Below are positions 10,775-19,980 of a stretch of DNA of 64,000 nucleotides, one piece after another. The notes beneath the pieces were generated by a model that did not search any database, was not told the origin of the DNA, and saw nothing but the letters and a program-made list of their open reading frames with translations. The position numbers were made by a program, and so were the translations under genes. The DNA comes from a virus (lineage: Duplodnaviria > Caudoviricetes): the IMG/VR virus record IMGVR_UViG_3300033074_000711, positions 64,001 to 128,000 of that record. The stretch is one strand, 5' to 3'. Each line of letters opens with the position of its first letter. The stretch's first letter is position 1.

Positions 10775-11355
10775 TATCTTATAAACTCACTAAAATCAAA
10801 AATTAAATCAAAATCAAAACTGTGAAACACTTCATTATATTTAAACTTATCTCTAATAATTGTAGCAAACGTATTTTTAACTGTAAAATGTGTTAAATAA
10901 GCTGCTAACTGATTCCAACTCCAGAATGTTTCAACACCGTAAAACTTCTTCCAATTATTAAAAGCCGTTCTATCAAATGAATAATCTGTTGCTCTAAATA
11001 TTTTATGCCATGTTAATGATTTACCAAATACAGCATCAGTTTGTGGTCTCCAATTATACCAATTTTCTAAAGGTTTTGGTAACCACTCTGAATGTTTATA
11101 ATTAAATAAATATGATTCGTAAGCACCCAGTGAAATTCCAGATAATGTTGAACTTGTAAAACCTTTATAAAAAATATTTATATCGTATTTTTCTTGTGTT
11201 ATATACATTTCATACACTTTTTCATATTCTAATTCGCACATACCAGTGTGTATATATTTACCATATAAATCTAATATTTCTTTAACATCATTTTTAGTTA
11301 CTTGTGCTGTAACCAAATTTGTTAAAAATAAAATAAAAAATATTATTTTTTTCAT
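10774..11355 (-). CDS. Hypothetical exported or membrane protein
   Basis: GAGGAG RBS before MKKIIFFILFLTNLVTAQ, a signal-peptide-like N-terminus. Confidence 0.65.
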   Translation of the reverse strand: MKKIIFFILFLTNLVTAQVTKNDVKEILDLYGKYIHTGMCELEYEKVYEMYITQEKYDINIFYKGFTSSTLSGISLGAYESYLFNYKHSEWLPKPLENWYNWRPQTDAVFGKSLTWHKIFRATDYSFDRTAFNNWKKFYGVETFWSWNQLAAYLTHFTVKNTFATIIRDKFKYNEVFHSFDFDLIFDFSEFIR

Positions 11356-11363
11356 ATATCTCC

Positions 11364-11633
11364 TCAAATTAATTTATTATTTTCTTCAAACGTATTATTC
11401 ATAAATGGTACAAATTCATATTTTTCTATCTCACTTCGTAAAAACCTAACTTCAGAATTTGGTTTTTCATAATAAGCATAATATGTTAAATCATAATTAT
11501 CTAAAAAACTTTCTCGCTCTGTTATTAAACTTATATCTGGTTTATTTAATAGATTTGCAACATCTTCTCTAGACCAACCTTGATTTCTATAAAACCTGTT
11601 AGTTAAATTAGCTCCTATTATTTTTTTTATCAT
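11364..11633 (-). CDS. Hypothetical protein
   Basis: ORF directly downstream of a sigma70-like promoter. Confidence 0.55.
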   Translation of the reverse strand: MIKKIIGANLTNRFYRNQGWSREDVANLLNKPDISLITERESFLDNYDLTYYAYYEKPNSEVRFLRSEIEKYEFVPFMNNTFEENNKLI

Positions 11634-11671
11634 AATAATTTATCACATTAGTAATTTAAAAATATTTTGTA

Positions 11672-11700
11672 AATATAATCATAATTAATTAAAAAGTAAA
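11672..11700 (-). promoter_or_regulatory. Sigma70-like early promoter TTTACT-N17-TATATT
   Basis: Same motif and 17-nt spacing found at six intergenic sites. Confidence 0.7.
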
Positions 11701-11703
11701 TAT

Positions 11704-12216
11704 TTAAATTACTTTTTTATTATTCATTATCTCTTTTATTTGCTCAAATGAATATAAATTATAATTATTAGTATCTATACCAACATCTAATCTTTTTTTA
11801 TTAGTAGTATCTATAAATTTTCCGTGACTATGACCATACAAATGCCATGAGCCTCTTTCTTGTTCATTCCAAATTTCCATGCAATAGTGATTCATTATAA
11901 TTCTTTGAAAATTTGTAAATATTTCTAATTGTTCATGTTTTTCAACATTTAAATTATACTTTATATATTTATCGTGATTTCCTAACAAAAATATTATTTT
12001 ACCATTCAATTGTAATAAAATTTGATTAATAAAATCAGGTTTACCAAAAGAAAAATCTCCAATATGATAAACAATACCATCTGATTTAACTGTTTTATTC
12101 CAAATATCTATTAAACCTTTATTCATATCTTCTAAATTTTCAAACGGTCTATTACAATATTTTATAATATTTTTGTGACCAAAATGAAAATCAGATGTAA
12201 AATAAATTTCACTCAA
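11704..12216 (-). CDS. Calcineurin-like metallophosphoesterase
   Basis: SDFHFGH, GDFS, GNHD, HLYGHSH. Confidence 0.92.
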   Translation of the reverse strand: MSEIYFTSDFHFGHKNIIKYCNRPFENLEDMNKGLIDIWNKTVKSDGIVYHIGDFSFGKPDFINQILLQLNGKIIFLLGNHDKYIKYNLNVEKHEQLEIFTNFQRIIMNHYCMEIWNEQERGSWHLYGHSHGKFIDTTNKKRLDVGIDTNNYNLYSFEQIKEIMNNKKVI

Positions 12217-12473
12217 TTTTTTATCCTTATATTAAAATATTTTTCTATTTTACCTGGTATTTTAATTTCATTTATTACATATTTATTATTTACAGATTTA
12301 AATCTACGCCATTCACGTGAAAAGGTATCTGGATTATGCATTACACCTTTATATTCCATTAACTTTTTCACATGAACTTGGAATATTCTTGAACATACTG
12401 TAATTTGACCTTCTAATTTAATTCTATTATCAAGGTACTCTTCTATAAATTTTCTTATGCTTTGTTTTTTCAT
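12213..12473 (-). CDS. Hypothetical protein
   Basis: ORF with GAGG RBS. Confidence 0.55.
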   Translation of the reverse strand: MKKQSIRKFIEEYLDNRIKLEGQITVCSRIFQVHVKKLMEYKGVMHNPDTFSREWRRFKSVNNKYVINEIKIPGKIEKYFNIRIKN

Positions 12474-12492
12474 TTTTGCAACCTCATTTATG

Positions 12493-12999
12493 TTAATTTT
12501 CTAATGAATTTAAATATTCATCTATTTTCCAATTTTCTACTAAATTTTTAGAATCTTTTGATTTTAAGTAATCACAATATAAAATATTCGGGCACCATGT
12601 TTCAGGTTGGCTTGATTCCACTTTAACTATTCTATCATAATTTTTATCAATGTGTGATATAATATCATACCAATCTGTTATATCATGCATTTTATATGAT
12701 AAAAATAATGCATCGTTAACAGCTTCATTAAATAACATCACTTTAAAATACATTTCTTTTAAAATGTTATCATTTCTTTCAAGTTTAACATATTCATTAT
12801 TATTTTTTATTCGTGTATTAATAAACTTACCAATGCTTTCTCCGTTTTCTTTAGCATTTAATAAATCATTAAAAGTTTCTGGTAAAACATTATTATATGT
12901 ATATAATGTATTACTCCCTTTAAATCGAACTGTTAATTTATCATCATCATAAATTATATGTTCAATATTGCTTGAATTTAAATTATCAATTATTATCAC
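12493..12999 (-). CDS. KTSC-domain protein with C-terminal extension
   Basis: SSNIEHIIYD..LTVRFK...YTYNNV...LLNA...SIGKFINTRIK. Confidence 0.8.
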   Translation of the reverse strand: MIIIDNLNSSNIEHIIYDDDKLTVRFKGSNTLYTYNNVLPETFNDLLNAKENGESIGKFINTRIKNNNEYVKLERNDNILKEMYFKVMLFNEAVNDALFLSYKMHDITDWYDIISHIDKNYDRIVKVESSQPETWCPNILYCDYLKSKDSKNLVENWKIDEYLNSLEN

Positions 13000-13196
13000 T
13001 TTTTCTCCATTTCTTCTAAATATTTAATTTGATTAACTAATTCTGATATTAAAAATTTAATATTTTTTATTTGTTTTAATATAGATAAATCCTCCTCACT
13101 TTTTAACTCTGAAGGATTACTTAAACAGCCGTCTATTAAATTATTTAAGTTTAATTCATTTTCTGTTAATTGTTGTTTCATCTGTTCATAATTCAT
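12996..13196 (-). CDS. Small coiled-coil hypothetical protein
   Basis: AGGAG RBS, heptad pattern. Confidence 0.6.
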   Translation of the reverse strand: MNYEQMKQQLTENELNLNNLIDGCLSNPSELKSEEDLSILKQIKNIKFLISELVNQIKYLEEMEKK

Positions 13197-13211
13197 ATAT
13201 TACTCTCCTGT

Positions 13212-13247
13212 AAATTAAAATAGCGGTAATATTTTATTATTACCGCT
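13212..13247 (-). terminator. Intrinsic terminator-like hairpin
   Basis: Stem AGCGGTAATA (13222-13231) / TATTACCGCT (13238-13247) with T-rich flanks. Confidence 0.7.
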
Positions 13248-13256
13248 TGTTTTTTA

Positions 13257-14159
13257 TTAAAAATTAAATGTTTTTGATAGTTGTTTTTGTAAAAATATCA
13301 TTCTTTGTTTTTCTGTTCTACTAACATAAAATGTTAAAATTTGATATAAATTCCAAACATCTATTGTTTGTGGGTCAACTTGCATTAGACTCATCGCTCT
13401 TATTGCAAATTCTGCTCCTCGTAAACCAACTATATTAATTGCTTTATTAAATAATTCTGTTGTTGCTTTTTTGATTTGCATTAATTCGACTTTTTGTTTA
13501 AATACCGGTACTTGTTCTGTGGCTACTTCAATCGCTTCTTTAATACTATTTATATCAAATTTGTTATTGTGTAAAAAATTAATACTACTTAATTCTTTAC
13601 TCCTAACAATCATTCCGTTTGTACAAACTGCTCTAATTAATCCAAATTCAACCTTAACTCTTGTTGAACCATCAAATGAATTTGTTATAAATGTACTAAC
13701 ATAATTTTCTGAATCACCGTCTTTAATTGATAATTCTGGAAAGCTTAAATGTAATGTTGACCGCTTTGGAGTAATTACTGTGTGTTTTTTATGTATTGTA
13801 TAACCGATTTCTTGCATGTTGTCTAAAATAGGCATTAAGATGTCTCTATTTTGAATTAAATTGTAGTGGTTACTCATAAATGATAAAAACTCACCGTTTG
13901 AATTATACAATGCATTTTTCTTAGGGTTTATATATTCACCAGTACTTAATAGTATTTTAGGTGATTTATCTACATAAACGTCAATACAAAACTCATTCAG
14001 CAATTTTGTTACTTCATCATCACCTTTATAAATATCTTTTGTTATTACGTTATTATTTGGTGATGTAATAATATTACCAAACTCATTAATCATTAATGAT
14101 GATTTTTCTGTTTGGTTTTTTGTTTCTAAATTTCTTTTTACTTCTTCGTATGTTAACAT
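13257..14159 (-). CDS. DUF932-family protein
   Basis: YNLIQN, ITNSFDGST, RAVCTNGM. Confidence 0.85.
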   Translation of the reverse strand: MLTYEEVKRNLETKNQTEKSSLMINEFGNIITSPNNNVITKDIYKGDDEVTKLLNEFCIDVYVDKSPKILLSTGEYINPKKNALYNSNGEFLSFMSNHYNLIQNRDILMPILDNMQEIGYTIHKKHTVITPKRSTLHLSFPELSIKDGDSENYVSTFITNSFDGSTRVKVEFGLIRAVCTNGMIVRSKELSSINFLHNNKFDINSIKEAIEVATEQVPVFKQKVELMQIKKATTELFNKAINIVGLRGAEFAIRAMSLMQVDPQTIDVWNLYQILTFYVSRTEKQRMIFLQKQLSKTFNF

Positions 14160-14199
14160 TGTAACCTCTTATGTTTAATTAATTTTAATTTCTAATACA

Positions 14200-14228
14200 A
14201 ATATAACAAATTAATTTGAAAAAGTAAA
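14200..14228 (-). promoter_or_regulatory. Sigma70-like early promoter TTTACT-N17-TATATT
   Basis: Recurrent motif with upstream TTAACTA. Confidence 0.75.
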
Positions 14229-14231
14229 TAG

Positions 14232-14444
14232 TTAATTAATTTTTTTTTCATAATTATTTTTAATTCTTTTTATTTCTCTAGCAAAAACAAAAATAAAACT
14301 AATTATAAATATTATTATAAAATCAACCCACAGTGGACTAAATATATACCACCAACTCCAATTAATATTATTTGTTAATTTTAACACTAAAAAAATTAAT
14401 GTCAAAATCATAGGTAAAGATAAACCATCACTCTTTGTTTGCAT
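14232..14444 (-). CDS. Small two-TM membrane protein
   Basis: LTLIFLVLKLTNNINWSWWYIFSPLW, a common phage membrane-protein pattern. Confidence 0.75.
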   Translation of the reverse strand: MQTKSDGLSLPMILTLIFLVLKLTNNINWSWWYIFSPLWVDFIIIFIISFIFVFAREIKRIKNNYEKKIN

Positions 14445-14446
14445 TA

Positions 14447-15268
14447 TTATAAATCCTTAATTTTATTTAATTTATTTTTAAACTCTATTATTTCATTATT
14501 ACTTAAATTTTGTAAATCAGTTGAATTTATTAGATTTATGTCTATTATATTTTTAATAATATTTAATTCATCCTTACTGAATTTTAAGCTATTTAATTCA
14601 TAATCTTCAAAAGCTTCCCATGTTAATGGAAATAAATCTTTAATTATTTCTACAATTGCATTAGCATACTGACGTATTTCAAATTGAGCATGATAGTCTA
14701 ATCTTAATTTAAGAAAATGTAGTAAATTATGTAAATCAATTTTCCAATATGCTTCGGTATAATTAGATAATAGTAAATCTTTACGTGCTTGCTCTCTTGC
14801 TAAACCTAATTCTAATCTTTGTTTATATATATTTTTTGTTAGTATGTGTAGTTGACGTTCTTTTTCTGTTAAAATTTCACCAATATTTTTTTCTAAAAAA
14901 CCATCACTTCCTTGTTTGTTATCTTTAGATTGTAATCTCCATTCGTCGCTATTTGTATATTCATTTTCATCTATTGCTATAGAATATCTAGTTGAATATT
15001 CATTTACTGACGCAGTTCTATGTCTAATCCATTGCCTCCAAACATCTATTGGCACTTTTATATGAAATTTAATCTCACACATTTCTAACGGGCTTGTATG
15101 TTTATGTCTAACTAAATATCTAATTAATGCTCTATCTTGACTAACTGTTTTAGTTCCTTTACCATATGAAACTCTTGCGGCTTCAACTATAGCACCATCA
15201 CTTCCCATATAATCAACTAATCTTACAAAACCGTGCTTTAAAACATTTATTTTTTTATAATTATCCAT
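14447..15268 (-). CDS. thyX: FAD-dependent thymidylate synthase
   Basis: AARVSY, HTSPLE, RHRTASVNEYSTRY (RHRx7SxR), HAQFEIR. Confidence 0.97.
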   Translation of the reverse strand: MDNYKKINVLKHGFVRLVDYMGSDGAIVEAARVSYGKGTKTVSQDRALIRYLVRHKHTSPLEMCEIKFHIKVPIDVWRQWIRHRTASVNEYSTRYSIAIDENEYTNSDEWRLQSKDNKQGSDGFLEKNIGEILTEKERQLHILTKNIYKQRLELGLAREQARKDLLLSNYTEAYWKIDLHNLLHFLKLRLDYHAQFEIRQYANAIVEIIKDLFPLTWEAFEDYELNSLKFSKDELNIIKNIIDINLINSTDLQNLSNNEIIEFKNKLNKIKDL

Positions 15269-15298
15269 TAATATCTCACTAAAATTATCAATTTACAC

Positions 15299-16291
15299 TT
15301 ATAACTCACATTGGCCACCAGCACATGCTAACTCACCTTGTAAATCTGTTTCATCATCATCTTCTATAATTTTAGTTATATCAACTTCTTTTAAATGTGA
15401 CATCAAATCGTTATATTTTTCTTCTGTAATAGATTCAAACGGTGCTTGAATATATGTACCACCATCATAAGGAAGAACCGAAATACCATTATAACCATTT
15501 CTATTTTCCCATAACCATTTTCCAACAGATTCCCACTCATCATCTTTTATTGATATTGTAACACTAACATTATTATAATTAGAACCTTTGTTATGACCTT
15601 TCATAACCCATTCGGTGTTAAATTTTTTAACACGGTCTAATAATTTAAAAACACTTTCGGTTCTTATTTTAGCTGTTTCGGGTGCTTTTAATGGTATTGA
15701 GATAACTGATTGTAAATGTGGTTTAAAATAATCGTCTTCTAATAACTCTTTGTGTTTTTTATTTAAATATTTATATATAGCTTCATTTTTACCAACTCTA
15801 ATTCTTCTAATATAATATTTATCGTGATATGCGTGTATACCACTTGAAGTACCAAGAACTAAAGCTGATGTGCCACTTGGTTTAACTGTTGTTGTTCTCG
15901 CTGATGTGTTTATATTTAATATCTTAGAAACTCTTTTATTTTCTTTCACTACAATTTTACTGGCTTCTTCTAAATTCAAATTATCTAATGCACCACTTGC
16001 GATACCAGTTATACCAACACCAATTAACGCATCTTTTTCTGTTGATTCTTTCCATACACTTCTTAAATAATGAAAATCTGTATAGCCAGCTTGTAATGTT
16101 GCTATAAACGATGCCACTCTGGCTCTGTTATTAAAATCTTCTTGATTTTCTATGTTGCTAGCATTTATTTCAACTAGATTACAAAATGAAAATGGTTTTA
16201 AGGAAATTTCTGAACAATCTACATTCAAAATACTGTTATCCAAGTGTGTTGAATTTTGTTTTGTGTGCTTTTTAATACTATTTATTTTCAT
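15299..16291 (-). CDS. nrdJ: Class II (B12-dependent, monomeric RTPR-like) ribonucleotide reductase, C-terminal fragment with a 25-aa N-terminal intein-C piece
   Basis: CSEISL..FCNLVE, TTVKPSGT, QAPFE, C-terminal CAGGQCEL. Confidence 0.92.
   Translation of the reverse strand: MKINSIKKHTKQNSTHLDNSILNVDCSEISLKPFSFCNLVEINASNIENQEDFNNRARVASFIATLQAGYTDFHYLRSVWKESTEKDALIGVGITGIASGALDNLNLEEASKIVVKENKRVSKILNINTSARTTTVKPSGTSALVLGTSSGIHAYHDKYYIRRIRVGKNEAIYKYLNKKHKELLEDDYFKPHLQSVISIPLKAPETAKIRTESVFKLLDRVKKFNTEWVMKGHNKGSNYNNVSVTISIKDDEWESVGKWLWENRNGYNGISVLPYDGGTYIQAPFESITEEKYNDLMSHLKEVDITKIIEDDDETDLQGELACAGGQCEL
16217..16291 (-). other. Split intein C-fragment (25 aa, MKINSIKK...SILNVD followed by Cys+1)
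   Basis: Precedes CSEISL, which continues the NrdJ motif TNP-C-SEISL. Confidence 0.65.
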
Positions 16292-17597
16292 AATTTTCCA
16301 TTAATATTTTTATTAAATTATCAACAGTATTATAATATTTTACTATTGATTTTATTCCTATTTTTGCATTTATTTTATTTATTTCACGCTTTCTTATCAA
16401 TAATATCTCATTTAAATTTTGTTTTTTTAACATACTAATAACATAATTTAAAGACGTATCTAATATCCATTTATCTAAAAATATAATTATTGATGTTTTT
16501 CCCATTTTAATATGTGTTGTTTTTTTCTTTTCTTTTCTAATACACACTTTACATAATTTTTCCGATTCTTTTTTTATTTTATTTATAATATTATCACAAT
16601 TTTTACATTTAATATTATAATCATATTTTAATAAACTTTTTTTAAAATTTGTTTTAGCTAGTGATTCTGCTCTCTTAATTTTACTTTCTTTTGATAAATT
16701 TTGTTCTCTTATTTTAGCTCGTTGTGAAGCCTTATCATATAAAGTTGGGTCATCTATATATCTTTGTTTTTGTGAATTTGATAATTTTTTTCTATATTCT
16801 GGATTTTTTCCTAATTCTTTTAACTTTTTACTAATTTTTTTACGTGTTTGTTCAGTAACTATTGCTCCATATCTTGGATTTAATTTACCAACATTAGTTC
16901 TATTAGTATTTGGTGAATTTTTCCAATTTTGTAATTTATTTTTTAATTCTATACTAACTTCTTCATCAAAGTTTGTTACAATTTCATATAAAATGTTATT
17001 TTTATTAAAATATTCTATAACTAGTTTATATTTATCGGTTATTATAAAGCTTTTATCTTTTACTTCTAATAATTTAACTAATATGTTATCTTTATAAATA
17101 AAAAAGTCAGGTTTATAGTTAAATTTATTATCTATATTAAACATATATTCTTCATATCGTATGTTGTTTATGCCATATTTATTTGACAATATATGATAAT
17201 ATAAAAATTCATTAGATGAGCGACAATAACATGAAACACCATCGATTTCAAACGAACCACTACAGCCACGACTGTTAAATTTTTTTAAATGTTTTTTAGC
17301 AACATCACTTCTATTTGTATTTTTATAACTAACAGACATAAATTCATTTGAATATTTTTTATAATTAACGTTAGCTTGTTCAAAATTCATATTCTTTCTT
17401 AAAATCCAATATGATAAACTACACTTTGAATTAGAACTATTAATAAATTTAACTATCTCAATAGCATCATTTTTATTTATATTAAAAATATTTATTTGTA
17501 AATAATTTATTGTATTAATTAAAAATTTAGAAAATCCTTTTCTTATTTTTTTATTTGCTAAAAATTCTATCTTATTTTGCAAAACATCATCATTCAT
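16278..17597 (-). mobile_element. Free-standing homing endonuclease (PD-(D/E)XK type with NUMOD3-like DNA-binding repeats) inside fractured nrdJ
   Basis: RSSNE, YE..., YKPDFF...LLEVK; GKLNPRYG...EQTRKKIS; lies between the two nrdJ halves. Confidence 0.8.
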
Positions 17598-17636
17598 AAC
17601 AATATCTCATTTTAATATATTAATAAATATATAAAA

Positions 17637-19112
17637 TTATAAAATATCATCACATATTTCTAAATCTTTAGCAAATTTTTTACCAAATTGTGTGTTGATG
17701 ATTTCATATGGATAAAAATATATTGATTCATTTATTTCAATTTTTTCTTCACCAAATGTTTCGTCACAACAATAATTAGCAAAAAAATTAAAGTTCGGTG
17801 TTGCAGTTAAATCATAAACTGGTTCATTATAATTTAATTTTTCGACTTTAATAATATTTACTATCCTATTATACCCTAATACATTAACAATTTCACCATT
17901 ATTTAAATTGTTGATTGTATTTTGTACAGAGATTTCTGAAAAATCTTCTTTATAAAACTTATGGGTAATATTAGTTAATTGAAAACAACCATTATTAAAA
18001 TAAATTTTATATATATTATCATCTTTATTTGTTATTCCACACCAATTTAATTCAGATTCAAATAACTCACCATATTTATCTTGTGTAATAATCTTAATAT
18101 TTTTATCACTATTATATATTTTTGATAGTTTTTGTATTTCTACAAATCCTTTATTAGTTAATACTTTTGTTGAACCAACAACGCAAGGATTTGTACCAAC
18201 TTCCTTATCATTAGAAAATAAAAATCCAGGTTCACCTGATTTAGATAATTCTATTTTTTTCCAAAGTTTGTTAAAATCTTCTTCTTTAATTCTATGTCTT
18301 AGTAAAACAACACTGTTATTAGCTCTTGCTCTCTGTGGATTTAACTCCCACCAATTACCGAATTTACACGATAACATATCTTCATCATCAAAACTAAATA
18401 ATGAAATTAATGCGGCTCTCCTTATTCCACCAGCTAATACAGCATCTGCTATATAACAAATTATATCATGTGCTTGTATTGATTTTAATTTTTCACCTTC
18501 ACCGACACTATCTAATATTTTTTGAATATTATGTAAACAATCTTTTAATGGTTGGGGGCCTGGTGCTTTACCACCACTTGTGATTAATTTAGCACCTTTT
18601 GGTCTAATATCACTAAAATCAAAATTTGGTAAATGACTTCCGTTAAAATATGCATTCATTAAAACTTTAACAGCATCAGCCCATCCTTCTATACTATCAC
18701 CTATCAAATATCTTTTTAATTTACCCGGTTTTTTTATAGATGGTAATTTTTTAATATGGTGTTTTTGAACGCTAACACCAACACCAGAACCACCTAATAA
18801 TAAAAACATTATTTCTTGAAATGATTCTACTGCATCTACTGGTAAAAAAGAACAATTGTAAATTCTATTTGGTGAAATTTCTATTGATTTACCAGCAAAT
18901 TGTAAACTTCGCATTGATGGTAAAACTTTTTTATCATAAACATATTTATATGCTTCTTCTATTTCATCTTTTAAATTTTGATGTTTTTTTAAATGCATTT
19001 CTTTATTTCTTGTAACTAATTCATACCAATTTTCTCTTCTTTTTTTATGTGGTATGTATTTAGCATATTTCATATGTACTATAATATCTGATAAAATTTT
19101 ATTAGCTATCAT
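17637..19112 (-). CDS. nrdJ: Class II ribonucleotide reductase, N-terminal fragment fused to intein-N
   Basis: KYAKY..RRENW, LPSMRSLQFAG, YNCSF, GGIRRAALI, GEPG...GTNP then intein. Confidence 0.92.
   Translation of the reverse strand: MIANKILSDIIVHMKYAKYIPHKKRRENWYELVTRNKEMHLKKHQNLKDEIEEAYKYVYDKKVLPSMRSLQFAGKSIEISPNRIYNCSFLPVDAVESFQEIMFLLLGGSGVGVSVQKHHIKKLPSIKKPGKLKRYLIGDSIEGWADAVKVLMNAYFNGSHLPNFDFSDIRPKGAKLITSGGKAPGPQPLKDCLHNIQKILDSVGEGEKLKSIQAHDIICYIADAVLAGGIRRAALISLFSFDDEDMLSCKFGNWWELNPQRARANNSVVLLRHRIKEEDFNKLWKKIELSKSGEPGFLFSNDKEVGTNPCVVGSTKVLTNKGFVEIQKLSKIYNSDKNIKIITQDKYGELFESELNWCGITNKDDNIYKIYFNNGCFQLTNITHKFYKEDFSEISVQNTINNLNNGEIVNVLGYNRIVNIIKVEKLNYNEPVYDLTATPNFNFFANYCCDETFGEEKIEINESIYFYPYEIINTQFGKKFAKDLEICDDIL
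17640..18185 (-). other. Split intein N-fragment (182 aa)
   Basis: Block A CVVGSTKVLTNKG, block B-like LTNITHKF, block F EPVYDLTATPNFNFFAN, then a 44-aa tail. Confidence 0.85.
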
Positions 19113-19124
19113 AAATTTCCTTTT

Positions 19125-19313
19125 TTAAAAAAATTTTAAAATTTCATTCTTTGAAAATCCTGCTTTTAATAACATTTTAACAATATCATCTTTTTTATAA
19201 TTATTTTTTAATAAAATTTTAACAGCTTCTTTGTGATTCATACCGCCTAAAGCTTCAGCTCCGAATTCACTTAATTTTAATGTTTCTAATGCTACTTTAA
19301 CTTGATTATTCAT
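19125..19313 (-). CDS. Hypothetical protein
   Basis: Short ORF in the operon. Confidence 0.55.
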   Translation of the reverse strand: MNNQVKVALETLKLSEFGAEALGGMNHKEAVKILLKNNYKKDDIVKMLLKAGFSKNEILKFF

Positions 19314-19328
19314 TTTATTACTCTTTTT

Positions 19329-19970
19329 TTATTTTTTATCCATATAAAAACTTCTTAATAATAATAACACAGCCCAGCAATCATAACTTGCATCATGTAA
19401 TTTACTTTCATCAAACTTAATATCAGCACGTCTAAGACATTCTTTTAAATCTGGAATACATTCATCATTAACAATATCTGTATATAATATAGCTGGATCT
19501 AAAATCCTATGTCTATAGCATAAATTATAATCATTATAAAATAAATTAAAATTATTTTGTATGATAGGAATATCAAAATTTGATATATTTTTTCCAGCTA
19601 AATTTAATAATACTTTTGGAAAAATATATTTTATTTTTTCTTCACCGTCAACTGTAAATTTATATTTTTCTATTTTTTCAAATGGAATTTCTAAACATTT
19701 ATAAACAAATTCTATAACATATTTGATAACATCTTTAGGTTTTACTAAAATATCTGGATTATTTTCTATAAACGTTAATAATTTACTATTAAATTTTAAT
19801 GTTTGTGGTGAACCTATCAGTGGTATATTTTCTATATATAGATTTAATTTTGGTAAATCTTCTAATGGTAATTGCTTATCAGTATCTTCAAATATCATTG
19901 TAAATTGTAAAACTTGTGCATCTTTTACTGATGTATCTGTAGTTTCGGTATCAATTATAAAATATTTCAT
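19329..19970 (-). CDS. DEDDh 3'-5' exonuclease (DnaQ-like)
   Basis: IDTETT, NISNFD, HDASYD. Confidence 0.88.
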   Translation of the reverse strand: MKYFIIDTETTDTSVKDAQVLQFTMIFEDTDKQLPLEDLPKLNLYIENIPLIGSPQTLKFNSKLLTFIENNPDILVKPKDVIKYVIEFVYKCLEIPFEKIEKYKFTVDGEEKIKYIFPKVLLNLAGKNISNFDIPIIQNNFNLFYNDYNLCYRHRILDPAILYTDIVNDECIPDLKECLRRADIKFDESKLHDASYDCWAVLLLLRSFYMDKK

Positions 19971-19980
19971 AAAAAACCTA

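Noticed and set aside
16292-17636. Group I or II intron interrupting nrdJ
   Set aside because: Only 39 non-coding nt are present and the nuclease overlaps the downstream ORF, leaving no room for a ribozyme; the flanks carry intein motifs instead
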